Below, piece by piece: positions 37,886 through 52,305 of a DNA stretch of 64,000 nt (positions within the stretch are counted from its first letter, which is position 1; the number at the start of each line of letters is the position of its first letter). Under the pieces are notes generated by a model. The model was not told where the DNA came from and did not search any database. It saw nothing but the letters and a program-made list of their open reading frames with translations. A program made the position numbers and the translations under genes. Source of the DNA: Felis catus (Eukaryota); NCBI RefSeq assembly GCF_018350175.1, contig NC_058368.1:177942001-178006000 (forward strand). Direction: 5' to 3'.

Positions 37886-38788
37886 GCCAGTAAGCCACTG
37901 AACCACTCTAAGTGCCCCAAATACATGTAAAACTGGAGTTTCCAAAAGGGGGGAGGAATAGAAAAAAAATTCTAAAGAAATAAAAAACACTTTTCCCAAC
38001 GTTTTAAAACTAAAACTTCACAGATTTAAGAAGCCCAACAATCTCAAACACAAGAAACATGAAGAAAAGGACACCAAGGCACGTGACAATCAAACTTTGA
38101 AACCAGTGATAAAGATAAAATCTTAAACGGCAGCAGAGGTAAGGTGCAAACTACATACTCAGAAACAGAGAAAAGGTTTATAGTAGACCTGTCATTGTAA
38201 ACACTACAAGTGAGGATGCACTGGCAAAATTTTTTTAACGTATTGAAAGGGAAAAAAAAATGCTAACCTAGAGTGATATATATATAGAGAGAGGAAATAT
38301 CTTTCAAAAAGAAGGCAAACAAATGCTTTCCTGACATACAAAAGCTGGAAGAACGGTCATCAGGATTTCTGCACAATGTGAAATTTTATGAGAAACCTTC
38401 AGACAGGGAGAAAATTATGCCACATGGAAATCTGGATCTACACAAAGGAATGAAAATCACCGGAAATGGTAACTACATGAATAAACATAAAAAGCTTTTT
38501 TTTAATTGTTTAAGTCTCTTTAAAAGATAAGTGACAGTTAAAATTAAAAGTAATATCAAGGTGTTATGGGATTTATAATATATGTATGTAGAGGTAAAAT
38601 GTATGACAACAATGGCATAAGGCCAGAAGGAGAGAAATGAAGTATACTGTTGTGAGACAGTATAACTTGAAATGGAACCATGATGAGCTAACGATGGGTA
38701 CTATAAATCCTGAAGAATAACTGCTAAACTAACAGAAGTTATAGCTAATAAGTCAAAAATGGAGATAATATAGAATTTAAAAATCCAA

Positions 38789-38977
<189 letters not shown>

Positions 38978-40019
38978 GGTAAATGGGGGAGAAAATCAGT
39001 TGAAGCAAATAGAAAACGGATTAAATCCAACCATATTAATAATTACATTAATGTAAGTTGTCTAAACAGCTCAATTAAATGGTAGCAATTATCTTCTATG
39101 GTTAAAAAACATAAGTTTGAACCACATGCTCCCTATGTTTCTATTTATATACAAAGACGTAAATGCATTAAAAGTAAAAGAATGGTAACAGAATCAAAAG
39201 AAAGTGATAGTAGCTACATTAATATGAAGCAAAGTAGATTTCAGAGCAAAGAATATTACCATGAATAAAGAGGGTCACTTCACAATGATAAAGTGATCAA
39301 TTCATCAAGAGGACGTGACAATTCTTAAAGCTCATAGATTTAGCAACAGAACTTCAAAATATATGAAGCCAAAACAGAACTGAAAGAAGAAATAAACACT
39401 GCAAAACTATAGTCTGAGATTTCAATACTTCTCTCTTATACATTTAATGCAACTCCAATAGACAGTGAGTGATACCCTGATTGTAAAATTTGTACAAGAG
39501 GCAAAAACCTGGAATAACCAAAATAATTTTTTAAATGAGTATCACAGAGGACTTACACTACCTGATCTCAAGACTTACTAAAAGCTACAGTAATTCAAAC
39601 AGTATGATATTAGCATGCATGAAGTAGGCTAATAGATCAGTGAGACAGACTAGAGACTTCAGAACTAGATGTATACATACATAATGAATTAGTTTTCTAC
39701 TTATAACAACACAAGATAATTCAATGGAAGAAAGGATCATCTTTTCAACAAGGTGTTCTGAAACTACCTAACACTCATGAGGCAGGGGGGAACAAACCCC
39801 AACTCCTATCTCACATTATAGACAAAAATTAACTTGAAATAAATCACAGGAAAAAAATGTAAAAGCTAAAAATACTTCTAGAATAAACCATAGGAGAAAT
39901 GAGTTGTAACCTTGCAGTAGGTAAAAATTTCTTAGGACACAAAAGCAAAAAAGAAAAGAAAATTGATAAACTGGACTTCATCAAAATTACAAATGTCTGC
40001 TCTTCAAAAGACACCAATT

Positions 40020-40219
40020 GGGGTGCCTAGGTGGCTCAGCTGGTTAAGCCTCTGACTTTAGCTCAGGTCATGATCTTGTGGTTCGTGAGTTCGAGCCCAT
40101 GGCAGGCTCTGTGCTGACAGCTCAGAGTCTGGAGCTTGCTTCAGATTCTGTGTCTCCCTTTCTCCCTGTCCCTGCCCCGCTCACACTTTGTCTCTCTCTC
40201 AAAAATAAACATTAAAAAA
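40020..40219 (+). mobile_element. CanSINE
   Basis: TSD aaaaga(c/t)acca on both flanks. Confidence 0.95.
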
Positions 40220-40936
40220 AAAGATACCATTAAAGAAAACAAACAGCAAATCACAGACGTAGAGAAAATACTCACAATACATATGTCTGACAAAGAATTA
40301 GTATACAGAATTTATAAAAAACACTCTATAATACAAAAAAAAGTATCACAATAAGAAATAGGCAAAAGAGGCAAACAGACATTTTACAAGGGGGAAAATA
40401 TGAAAAGCCAGTAAATCCATGAAAAGATGCTCCATATCATTAGTCATCAGGAAACTGCAAATTAACACTACAGTGAAATTTCACTATACTCACTATAATG
40501 GCTAAAATTAAAAAGACTTAACAATACCATACTGAAAATGTTGGCAACTTTGTAGGATAAACTATAAAAAATAAATTGTGGGTGAGAATATAAAATGGTA
40601 CAATCACTTTGAAAAACATTTCGACAGTTAACATCTCCTATCCTATCACTTGCCAATTTCACTTTCAACAACAGTGAAAACTCGAAATGAAAATATATGC
40701 CTTCACAAAGACTTGCAGATAATGTTCACAGAAGCTTTTTTCATGATAACAAAGAGGAAAAAGTACCAAAAAAAGTCCCTCAATAAGTGAATATAAATAC
40801 ACTGTGGGACATGCAGACAATGGAATACTACTCAGCAGTGAAAGGAACAGATACACGGTTACATGGATCAATTTCAAAAACAGTCTGCTGAGATACTGAA
40901 GCCAGACATCAAAGAGTATATACTATGTGATTCCAT

Positions 40937-41685
40937 TTATATATATATACACCATATATATGTTATATGTTATATGTTATACTATATATATGTTATATGT
41001 TATATGTTATACTATATTATATATATATATGTTATACTATATTATAGTATATATATGTTATACTATATATGTTATATATATATATATGTTATACTATATA
41101 TATGTTATATATATATGTTATATATGTTATACTATATTATAGTATATTATATACTATATACTATAGTATAATATAGTATATATACTACATATATACACTA
41201 TACTATACATATACTATATATATACTATATATATTCTAATTATGTATATATACTTATGTATGTTATATGTTATATAACATATATATGTTATACTATATAT
41301 ATATGTTATACTATATTATAGTATATTATATATATGTTATACTATATGTTATACTATATTATATGTTATACTATATATGTTATATATGTTATATATGTTA
41401 TACTATATTATAGTATATTATATACTATATACTATAGTATGTTATACTATATTATAGTTATATATATATATGTTATACTATATATATGTTATACTATATT
41501 ATATATATATATGTTATACTATATATGTTATACTATATTATATATATATGTTATACTATATTATATATATATGTTATATGTTATACTATATTATATGTTA
41601 TACATATATATGTTATATGTTATACTATATTATATAGTATATATATAATATATATGTTATACTATATTATAGTATATGTTATATG

Positions 41686-41718
<33 letters not shown>

Positions 41719-41934
41719 ATACTATATTATAGTATATTATATACTATATACTATAGTATAATATAGTATATATACTACATATATACACTATACTATACAT
41801 ATACTATATATATACTATATATATTCTAATTATGTATATATACTTATGTATGTGTGTGTGTGTATATATATAGGAGTATATATGCATATATATGTATATA
41901 GATACATATGTATATATATGCATATATATGTGTG

Positions 41935-41980
<46 letters not shown>
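40937..41980. repeat. ~1-kb TA-rich array (tatatgttatacta-type units) ending in (TG)n
   Basis: Directly visible; contains an exact 143-bp internal duplicate. Confidence 0.97.
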
Positions 41981-41982
<2 letters not shown>

Positions 41983-43924
41983 GGGGTACAGGGAAACTTT
42001 TGCAGCAATGGAAATATTTTATATCCTGAATGTGGCAATCACTCTAAGTGCATTCTCAATATATATGCACCTGCCATAACTCACCAAATTGTATACTGTG
42101 TATATAAAGTATATCTCAATAAGGTTGATTTTTTTTTAAATGTGAAAGGGAATGAACTAGAAAAGGCTAAAAGAACAAATTTGAAGAGACTGAGAAATGA
42201 ACAGGTGATCAGGGCATGGCAACGAGCAGTTTAGATACCACTTCGACAAAATGTGGTCATGAGAGAATAAAAAATATGGAAGTAACCAACAGGGGAGCAG
42301 TGTGCTTTCTCGGTAGGGAAGTTGGTTGGATTGTGGTTCAAAACCCAACAGTTCAGGGTTCTGCTTCAGTTTGGTGTTCCACTGCGGCTGGGGTCTGACC
42401 TGCTAGTAGAAGGCCATACCCGAGTTTGCCTGCATATGGTGGATGCTGAAAATAAGCTGAATGTTGGAATCATCTTTGAGTTCTGGAAGCTGCTTCAAAC
42501 AAGTCCATAAGGAACTACAAGCAGTATTCACTAAATGATTGTTCAGGAGTATTACTACATCATTTTAAGGCAGTTCCAAAATGAATATGCACATAAACCT
42601 AATGGAATACATCTTCTGAACTGCAACTCTAGAATCAAAATAGTCAAAGCTTCCACACATCTTTCAAAACTGGACTGCTTGCTTGTTTGGGTTAACTGAA
42701 AAGCTGACAGATGAAAGATGAAGCTATCCAAGATATCTTAACATGATGGGAGTTAATTAAAACATAACTATTCTGTGATTTGATTGTATCTGTAGTAAGC
42801 ATATACACTGATGTTTTTAAAAGTATTCTTTAAATTTAGAATCTAAGTGAAATTACTTAGTCTGTGGAGAAAGTCAAAGTTAGAAAGTGATTATTTCAGT
42901 ATACTAAACTACCATGAAAGTCATGAGGCAAATGAAAGTAGAACTGCAAATAACAATTTAAACAAGACAATATAATCTTAACCCTTTCTCTTTGGGTTTG
43001 AACACTGAAAAATTTTCAATTGACTATTTAACAATTTCTGCTTTTATTTATTTCACAATTTCCACCTTGACTTCTCAAAAGAGCCTTGCCCAAATGCTTC
43101 TCCCCCCCTTGGTAAAGAGTTGGAATCCTCATCAAAAATAGCTTTCTCAAAAATATCCTAGGAAAATATAAAACAATACAATATTTGAAATCTAGGAAAC
43201 AGATATCAACTAAAGAGATTGTGAATTTAAAAATAACTGTAGGCTCTTACTTGGAAGGGTATTTAAAATTAACTTATTTCTTACATAAAAGACCAGCTAA
43301 ATGAAGGCGGGCAACAACACTGTAATGAAGAATTGATAATTACAGAATAATCTTGTGAACTTAAAGTTTGCTGTTTCTGTCATTTTATCTATCGCTCCAC
43401 AGTTCATTGTTGGTCCAAAGTGCTCTTCTGCAAAAAATTTTATTAAGATTTGTATTTCCTCAGTCAGAAACCTTAAAAGAGCTCAGAATGATGTCCGCAG
43501 TTGCTGAAGACAGAGTTTAGAGTTGAAGTTCCACCCCGGTTCCTGAAATCTTGCCCTGTAAGGACTTGGGATAAGTTTGTATACAGTTTCTGGGGTTCTC
43601 TACCATATGCCTTCTTCCTTTACAGTATCCCTCTCATTTTCAGCTGCTCTGAAAGCCATGATTTTCAACCTCTAACTCATCGAAAAAGATGGCTGATTTT
43701 TGCTTGAGCTGGCATCCTGTGCACTGCATGAACTTCTGAGTTTCTTCAAGGGAAAAGTCAGATAAATGTGCATCTCAGCAAGTTTTGTTCTTTTTACTCA
43801 AGGAGCATGGACTCTCTGGTTTCTACCTACTTTTGGCCACTTCCCAGCATCTTAAACTAGTGGGTTTTTAAAAACTACTTTGTCCAGAAGTTATAACTCA
43901 GCCAGGTTATTTGATACAAGTACT

Positions 43925-44402
43925 TCCAAGCAGCTTTATTCATAATAGTTGAAATGTGGAAGCAATCCGAGTGTCCATCAACAGATGAGTGGATAAACAC
44001 AATGTGGTGTATATATACATACAATGGAATATTATTCAGTCTTAAAAAGGAAGTGAATTCTGACACAGGCTACAACACGGATCAACCTGGAGGACATTAG
44101 CTAAGTCAAATAAGATACCCACAAAAACACAAATACTGTATGATTCCACTTACATGAAACAGTTAGAATCATGGAGACAGAAAGTAGAAGGGTAGCTGCT
44201 AGGGCTAAGGGTAGAGGAGAATGAAAAGTTGTTACTATTTAATGGGTTTAGAGTTGCAGTTTTGCAAGCTGAAAAAAGTTCTGTAGATAGATGGTCGTGA
44301 TGGTTGCACAACAATATGAATGTACTTAATAACATTGTATGTTTAAAAATGGTTAAGACAGTAAATATATGTTGTGTATCTTACCAAGATAAAAAAAAAA
44401 AA
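43925..44402 (+). mobile_element. L1 3' end fragment (L1MB-like) with poly(A)
   Basis: gtgtccatcaacagatgagtggataaac...aatgggtttagagttgcagttttgcaag...A-tail. Confidence 0.85.
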
Positions 44403-46205
44403 CGATAAAAAGAAGACTTCAGTAAGATTACATGTATAAGGTTAAAGCAACTGTATTAAAATTCATCTATCTCAAGTAACACATTTCAATCATCTTTGAG
44501 AATTCCCATTACATTTTTCTAAGCACAGGAAAAACCAATCAAACTGAATACATATTTATTTTTAACTTTACAAAAGATGGTATCAATTCTGAATCATTTA
44601 AATATTAGTTTACAAATATTGCTTATAGCTTAATAGCATTGTAGATGCAGCTTCATGAAGATATTGGCTCTAGACAGTAATTATATACTCAGCCTAATGT
44701 TTCAGTTAATGGACGAGCATTTCAGTGATAATTGCAATGCTTGAACATAATGTGCCTTTATTAGCAGTATAAACTAAAGCCAGCTTACACCAATTGAAAA
44801 AATAGGCTATTTATTTTTATAATTGCTTAATTTTTATTGTAAAAATATTATCAAATGGTAAAAAGAAAACCTGTAATAAATGCTAGCATTTTACCTACAA
44901 TTATAGAAATATACTTAAAAACTTAATTACGGCAAACACTGACATAAGCTGTATTTGTGAAAAATTCATTAACGTAATGATCCAAGAAAAAAATGAGATA
45001 AAATAATTACATTAGGAAAATAAAGGACGTGATCCTAGCTTTCTCTACACTTACTAGCCATGAGACCTTAGGCAAGTCACTTACTCTCACACCAGTGCCT
45101 TACCATTAAAAAATAGGGTTAAAACATTTCTAACTGCCTCAAGGTAGCACATGATATGTCATGATCCTTTCTAGTTCTAGACTTTACAATATTATTATAT
45201 AGTATACAAATACAAAATAAAACTTTGAAAGTAAAATATCCTAAAATGTAATATACCATCTAGGTTCATGAACATTCCTAGATCTAGAAAAAATACTCAT
45301 AAATGACAAATAAGAAAAAAATCCTGGAATTTCTAGTCCAAAATGTAAAATACTTTATAAAAATTAAAACCAACAGCCCCAAGACCTGTATCCTTCCGGT
45401 ATTTTCTTTTCATTAAAACTGTAACAGATGATTTAACTCCCCATCAGCAAAAGCATCTGGATAGACATCCGAGACACAAGTAAAAGCACAATAAAACAGA
45501 CCAGTCGTTCTATTTTTAATTAGCCATGGTTAAAACGTTTTAAAGACCTTAACAAGACTATTAAACTGTTGAATGAGAAGAGCTTAACACTGTATTAAGA
45601 CTGCTATCAAAGTTCTCTACTACTTCAGTACTAATGTTATTTTTATGTGCATATATACACTGTTTATATTGTATGAATACATACAACATTTAAATACCAT
45701 AACAATGCAAAGGTCATTTAGGTAATTTTACATGGATATGCCTAGGAATGGAATAATTTTTAAAAAGGCAAAATACCCAAGATTTATAAACAGGCTTCTA
45801 TTTATGTCTTCTAACAAACAGTTCCACCCCACAGTGGCCGGAGTGTTCCTAATTATTTGAAATGGCAACTGCTCCAACCTGACAATTATGTTTAAAATAC
45901 CATATTAAACAAGGTATGCAGATGACAACAAAATTCTCCAGTCGATGACAAACTAAGAAATGATAAACAAAAGATATGAAACAGCAAATTTGCATGCATT
46001 TGGCAGACTTCATAGCATGCTGTGAAACTAAGTATGATAGAAGGTAATGTGAAAATCCTTAGACTTTCTTTCATCTATACAATCAAGTTAACTGTGAAGT
46101 CATAAAAAATGATTATTTTATTTATATTAATGTGTTTCTTTTAATAAGAAATAATACTGGAAATATATAGAAAAATAAACATGTATTTAAAAATTCTCTT
46201 TAACT

Positions 46206-46417
46206 GGGGAGACTGGGTGGCTCAGTCGGCTAAGCATCTGACTTCGGCTCAGGTCATGATCTTGTGGCTCCTGAGTTCGAGCCCATGTTGGGCTCTGTGC
46301 TGACAGCTCAGAGCCTGGAGCCTGCTTCTGATTCTGTGACCCCCTCTCTCTCTGCCCCTCCCCTGCTCATGCTCTGTCTCTCTCTCCCTCAAGAATAAAC
46401 ATTAAAATTTTTTTTTT
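46206..46417 (+). mobile_element. CanSINE
   Basis: TSD aattctctttaact at 46192-46205 and 46418-46431. Confidence 0.95.
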
Positions 46418-46992
46418 AATTCTCTTTAACTGTCATGAGAAATAAAGAAAATGAATATTTGGTTCCTTCCCTTACAGTCTTTTTGTTCCTCCTTTTTTCA
46501 CATAGTTGTATCTTTTCTGTATTTAATACTATGTACTATTTTCTATTAACATTAGAAAAGCAGCATTTTTTCAAGTGATTTCAAATTTCATGCTAACAGA
46601 TGAGTTTCTTCATACTAAATTTACTACGTACAAACACCAAAGCAATGAGGACTGACAACTTCCTAATAATAGATTTCCAGATACGGCATTACCAAATCAA
46701 AGGGTTTTACACATTTTTATGGCTCCTAATATGTTCTGCAAATAGCTTAACAAGAACATTGGATTACTATGTGGTTTTCTAACAGTGTAAAATAAAAGGC
46801 CTAAAGACATGGGTATCAAATAACTATTTAGTCAACCAGTATTTATTTATTTAACAAGACTGGGTATGTAGGACTTCACTAAACCAAACAGGGAAATATC
46901 AATCTACACTTCTGTGAGAGGATTTATAAAGTCACCCTTCACTCCTTGGTCATATATCCAGTATATAAACTAGTAGGTATAACTTCTGAATG

Positions 46993-47180
46993 ACTGTTTC
47001 TTGAAGTGTAGTTCAGGGATCACCTACATCAAAATTATTAGGAGTACTCATTAAAATACAGATTTCTTGGTCCTGGCCCAGATCTATCTATCAGAATCTC
47101 CGACAAGTACAAGAATCTTCGTTTATTAGACTCCAGCCCTGCACAAGATTATTACGTATACCACAGTCTGAGGAGCCAGT
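46993..47180. mobile_element. MER5-like hAT-Charlie MITE
   Basis: cagggatcacctacatcaaaatta...ttaaaatacagatttcttgg...atcagaatctc. Confidence 0.65.
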
Positions 47181-47934
47181 TTCCAGAAACATCACATTGG
47201 GGATTTGGAGTTATAATAAAGCTTCTGGGACTTAACTGAAGTTGATTTTTTTTCTGTTGACTAGCAATTCACTTTTCAATTTTTAAGAAACCACTGCATA
47301 ACAAATAGGAACACAGAGAAATCTTCCTCTCTTTAGTAAAGCTATAAAAAGATAAATTATCCCTTTCAAATAAGGAAAGTAGTAATGATGACAATATATC
47401 TTGAGATACATCTTTTACTTCTATGATCAGACAGAGTATGTGGTAGGTGGAAGTTAGAATCCTAAACATGATGCATCTATAGAACAAGTGCTCTGAAGTC
47501 TGACCAACCTACGTTTGAATTCTGTCTTCACCTCTTTTTATCCGTGACTGTTTTTGGCATGTTATAACTATGCTATCAAGAAATCTTTCTTTATATTCAC
47601 CTAGTATAGTGACTGAAGAGCCGCTGTTTAGCAGAACAAGAATGAAATAAATTCCCAATTTCAAATGACTAAAATAACCAATCTCACAAAAATCACTTTT
47701 GCTTCCTCTGAAATCCATTTAAGGTATTACAATCATTCCATCCGACCTACATTTCCATGAACAATCTCTCCACTCCTACCTTTTATTTCACTGACACCAC
47801 TGTATCCTTATCTTTTCATTCACTGCCTTGTCTTTCAGGGGAAAAGAGCTTCAACTAATATTTTAAAAAAATATAACATTATATCAAAAGCTTCATACTG
47901 TGACAATAAAACTTTCATTTAAAAAAGCATGGAA

Positions 47935-48419
47935 GGGGCACATGCACCCCAGTGTTTATACCAGTACTACAAACAATAGCCAAAATATGGAAAGAGCCCA
48001 AATGCCCCTCAACTGACAAGTGCATAGAGAAGAAATGGTATACATACTCAATGGAATATTACTCAGCAATCAAAAGGAATGAAATCTTTCCATTTGCAAC
48101 AACATGGATGGAACCAGAGTGTATTATGGTAAGCAAAATAAGTCAGAGGAAGACAAATATATGATTTCACTCAGATGTGTAATTTAAGATACAAAACACA
48201 TGAACATAAGGGAAAGGAAGCAAAAATAATATAAAAACAGAGAAGGAGAAAAACCATAAGACTCTTAAATACAGAGAACAAACTGAGGGCTGCTGGTGGG
48301 GTGTTAGGTGGGGGGTAAGGGCTACAGGGGTTTGAGGCATTAAGGAGAACACCGGTTGGGATGAGCCCTGAGCATTATATGTAAGTGATGAATCACTAAA
48401 CTCTATTCCTGAAAAAAAT

Positions 48420-48456
<37 letters not shown>

Positions 48457-48500
48457 GTAATATACATACATATATATATATATATATAATGATTATAAAT
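47935..48500 (+). mobile_element. Carnivore L1 3' fragment with (CA)n(TA)n in its tail
   Basis: ORF2 C-terminus (ORF 47952-48164, WKEPKCPSTD...MEYYSAIK) plus carnivore 3' UTR; atggaa on both flanks. Confidence 0.9.
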
Positions 48501-49425
48501 AAATAAATATGGAATAAAACAATGGTTATGTCTAGCAAGAGGGAATACAAGGGGGTAAAGAACAAAAACTTCTTACATTCAGTCTACACAAATTCCATTG
48601 TGTGCCTGATATTTCCCCATATGTCTATATCATGACCTTCTTACTCAATCTTCTACTCTTTTAAATATTCTTTGGTACACCAAGCTTTGCTTGAATTTCT
48701 GATTATTTCCTCAGGCTATACTTCCAGATACTGGGTTAACAAAGGTGAACATTTTTAAGGACCTTGATATTATAATGATACTGTAATTTGGTTTGGTTTC
48801 TATGAAGCAAAATGTGAAGGAAAAGTGGGATACAAAAATAAGTTGGAGAACTAAAGATAAACAGTAATACTATTTTGAAAATTAAAATGTAACAAATGTA
48901 CCTTCAATTTAATACCCAGAGATTCTAACTGTAATAAAAATGCTAAATGCGAAAATGTGTATGTAGCTTGGTCACAAATTTCAAGGTCTTAAAGAAAAGA
49001 TATGCATATATTAAATATCAGAAACATTTTGCCTGTAACACAGAATCCCCACATAAAGTCATAAAGGTCTTTGTTTATAACAATATATAGTTTATATATT
49101 ATTTATTTCTCCCAAATAATGTTTGACTTCCTGAAACTGACTGATATACTACGAGTATTTATTGGAAAGCAGATCTTTTAAAATATCCCAGAACTGATTT
49201 TTATTTCATTGAGAATTCTTACTGTCTTTATAGGACTTAAATAGGTATCAGCTATAAACACTATGCTATTTGCTCCAATTATTATCCGTATTTTTCCAAA
49301 AATTTTCATGTAGAAACTCTTAAATGTTTTCTGACATAAGGAGACCTAGATTTAAGATTAAATTATAGGCACCCTGTTCCTTTCAGGTGAATCCGACAGA
49401 GTTGTAGTCAAAAAGTAAAAAGTGA

Positions 49426-49650
49426 GGGGCGCCTGGGTGGCGCAGTCGGTTAAGCGTCCGACTTCAGCCAGGTCACGATCTCGCGGTCCGGGAGTTCGAG
49501 CCCCGCGTCAGGCTCTGGGCTGATGGCTCAGGGCCTGGAGCCTGTTTCCGATTCTGTGTCTCCCTCTTTCTCTGCCCCTCCCCCGTTCATGCTCTGTCTC
49601 TCTCTGTCCCAAAAATAAATAAACATTGAAAAAAAAAAATTAAAAAAAAA
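49426..49650 (+). mobile_element. Young SINEC_Fc-type CanSINE
   Basis: Perfect 16-bp TSD aaaaagtaaaaagtga at 49410-49425 and 49651-49666; CpGs intact. Confidence 0.97.
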
Positions 49651-50429
49651 AAAAAGTAAAAAGTGAATTTAATGAATCACAAATTTATGAACAGAGAACT
49701 TAATAAAGCTTGAGGATAATCTGTTAGGCTGAGAAAAATGTATAGCTTTGAATGACCCCAGAGCTGTCCTAAAGACAGATTTCTGTAACTGCTTTAGGTA
49801 ACAGCTACTAGAAAGTACTTAAAGGGAAAGCAACAAATAAGTCAGCACCATTCTTCCTCACACATACATAACCTGAAGATGTGAGTGTAGAGGAAGTGAA
49901 GTTTATTTGCACTTCTTGTCATAGAATCTGGTCTATTTTCAATCATTTTTCTTCCAATTCTGCCAATTCCAAAGACAACACCAATTCTCTCTAGTCACTC
50001 AGAATCAAAAGAGTCTTACAATTTCATAAAGATTTATTACTGGAAATCCTAGATCTAATCATAGATGACCTAGCAATGATAACGCACCACACACCTTTCA
50101 ATAAAAATTTCCAAAAGTATGAGAAGCTATATTTTTACACTATCTTGGACTCCCTTACAATCAGGCAAACACGAGACCCATGACACTAGAATTACCTCCA
50201 AATCCTCTTTCCTTTCCATCCTATATTATAGAATCCTCTTCAAGTTTCTACTCAAAACATTTTCCTTTCTGAATCCAGAATGAATTAGAAAAACAAGTGA
50301 ACATGACTAAGAAGAGCTTGGGTTCCAAACTGAGTCCACGGCTGTGTGACCTTAGGTAAGTAATCAATTTCTACAGAACAGGGTTGGGGAGACAGATACT
50401 TCTTTACCTACAAAAGTGGTTGGCCTAGA

Positions 50430-50978
50430 CAGCATTTCCCAGACTGTATTTTGTAAAGCGTAAGTAGGTATTCCGCAGAGAAAAGATTTCTATGGCAAAG
50501 TAATTTTGATAAAGGCTAAGGATTGTTTAAGACAGGGCCTTCTTAAAACCACATTGGCATAATGCATATGCCAATATGCATTAAAAATTTCTGAGAGAAG
50601 GGGCGCCTGGGTAGCTCAGTCGTTTGAGCATCTGACTTCGGCTCAGGTCATGATCTCACGGTCTGTTGAGTTCGAGCCCCACGTCGGGCTCTGTGCTGAC
50701 AGCTCAGAGCCTGGAGCCTGTTTCAGATTCTGTGTCTCACTCTCTCTCTCTGATCCTCCCCCGTTCATGCTCTGTCTCTCTCTGTCTCAAAAATAAATAA
50801 ACGTTAAAACAAAATTAAAAAAAAAATTTCTGAGAGAAATATGGTATATGGGCTCTTCCAAGTTTCCAAATTTGGCGAACAACAAAAACAATAAACCTTT
50901 TCCAAAAGTACTATTAACCTGTTAAATTCTGTTTTCAAGAGCCTCGTGATCTATAGAAAACAACTTGGAAGATGCTCA
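50430..50978. mobile_element. Old hAT-Charlie-type non-autonomous element interrupted by a SINE
   Basis: TIR-like ends cagcatttccca... / ...ttggaagatgctc. Confidence 0.5.
50600..50821 (+). mobile_element. CanSINE
   Basis: 17-bp TSD aaaaatttctgagagaa at 50583-50599 and 50822-50838. Confidence 0.96.
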
Positions 50979-51099
50979 TTTAATCTGGTCTCTTCCAGGC
51001 TCTAACGTTTTATACCTCTAAAAACACTGTATTGGGTAAATTGAAGTAGGAAAGTGACAGCCACATTGTTGTCATCATCGTCAACGTCATCATCATTAT

Positions 51100-51320
51100 C
51101 ACAGCAGTTAACATTTATTGAGCACCATGAGTCAGGCACTCTGCCCATTATTTCATATGCACTCTCATTTAATCTCAAAGCTTTCCTAAGAGGTAGGTAC
51201 TATTATTCTCATTTGCCAGAAATGAGAAAGAATGACGCAGAGAGATTATATATTTGCCAAAAATCACAAGGCAAGTAACAGAGAACTGGGCATTAAATTC
51301 AATCAATCTAAATCTAGCAG
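51100..51320 (-). mobile_element. MIR
   Basis: aacatttattgagcacc...tctcatttaatctc...aggtaggtactattattctcattt. Confidence 0.8.
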
Positions 51321-51407
51321 TAGAAGTGTAACTTCTGACCTAATCTTGCTACAATGTTTGAAGGACTTTTCTTAGAAAGTATTAACTTTTAAAAGTTAAT
51401 GAGTCTA

Positions 51408-51539
51408 GGGGTTCCTGGGTGGCTCAGTTGGTTAAACATCCAACTCCTGATCTCAGCTCAGGTCTTGATCTCCGAGTCGGGAGTTCAAGCCCTGTGTTGG
51501 GCTCCACCCTGTGTTACTTAAAAAAAAAAAAAAAAAAAA
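51408..51539 (+). mobile_element. Short CanSINE lacking the (CT)n tract (SINEC_old-like)
   Basis: tRNA-derived head followed directly by tacttaaaa poly(A); TSD aaaagttaatg(a/g)gtc. Confidence 0.88.
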
Positions 51540-51889
51540 AAAAGTTAATGGGTCCACAGATCACCAGCAACATAACACACATAAAAAGCTAAAAATAGGG
51601 AAGAATCACAACACTTGAGGACCACTCAAGCATTAGTTCAGACTGCAGTTTTCTTTAAAAAAAATCAATACATTAATTGAAATCTGATTTAGAAAATTCC
51701 TTTAAGAAGAAAACTGTTCATTTTAGCCTTACTTATAATGTTAAAATAAATGTTGAAAAATTAGGAATAAGATGAGGATAACCCATAGTTTATTACACAT
51801 GTACCCTTATAACTACATATATTTTAGATCTTGGGAAAGAAGAACACAGATTCTCTATTGACTTACACATTCCGCTAGAGTATGTAAAA

Positions 51890-52098
51890 ATTTTTTTTTA
51901 ATGTTTGTTTACTTTTTGAGAGAGAGACAGAATGTGAGTGGAGGAGGGGCAAAGAGAGAGGGAGACACAGAATCTGAAGGAGGCTCCAGGTCTCAGCTGT
52001 CAGCACAGAGCCTGACGCGGGGCTTAACCTCATGAACTGCAAGATTTTGACCTGAGCCCAAGTCGGATGCTTAACCGACTGGGCCACCCAGGCGCCCC
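51890..52098 (-). mobile_element. CanSINE
   Basis: Ends cccaggcgcccc; tagagtat on both flanks. Confidence 0.95.
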
Positions 52099-52305
52099 TA
52101 GAGTATTTTAGCACAATGTTTAACATATAGTGAACAAGTGGTCATTTTCCCCCTGCTCTTCTCTACATCTTAGGTTAAAATACAAGCAAGAAAGGAGCAG
52201 GCCTTTAGGTTTAAAAGAAGGTGGGAGGAGTTACAAACAAACCTAGTTCCTTACGATGATTAAAAAAAAAAAATAGGGCACAGCATCTGTCTTCAAGCAA
52301 TCATT

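Noticed and set aside
40863..42234. Tyr/Ile-rich ORFs
   Set aside because: Translations of the TA/TG array.
42290..42360. B-box-like ggttcaaaaccc suggesting a tRNA or Pol III gene
   Set aside because: No A box at proper spacing, no cloverleaf or terminator; at most an ancient SINE relic.
50553..50575. 9-bp-stem hairpin attggcata-atgca-tatgccaat
   Set aside because: Inside a probable DNA-transposon relic and too short for a pre-miRNA.
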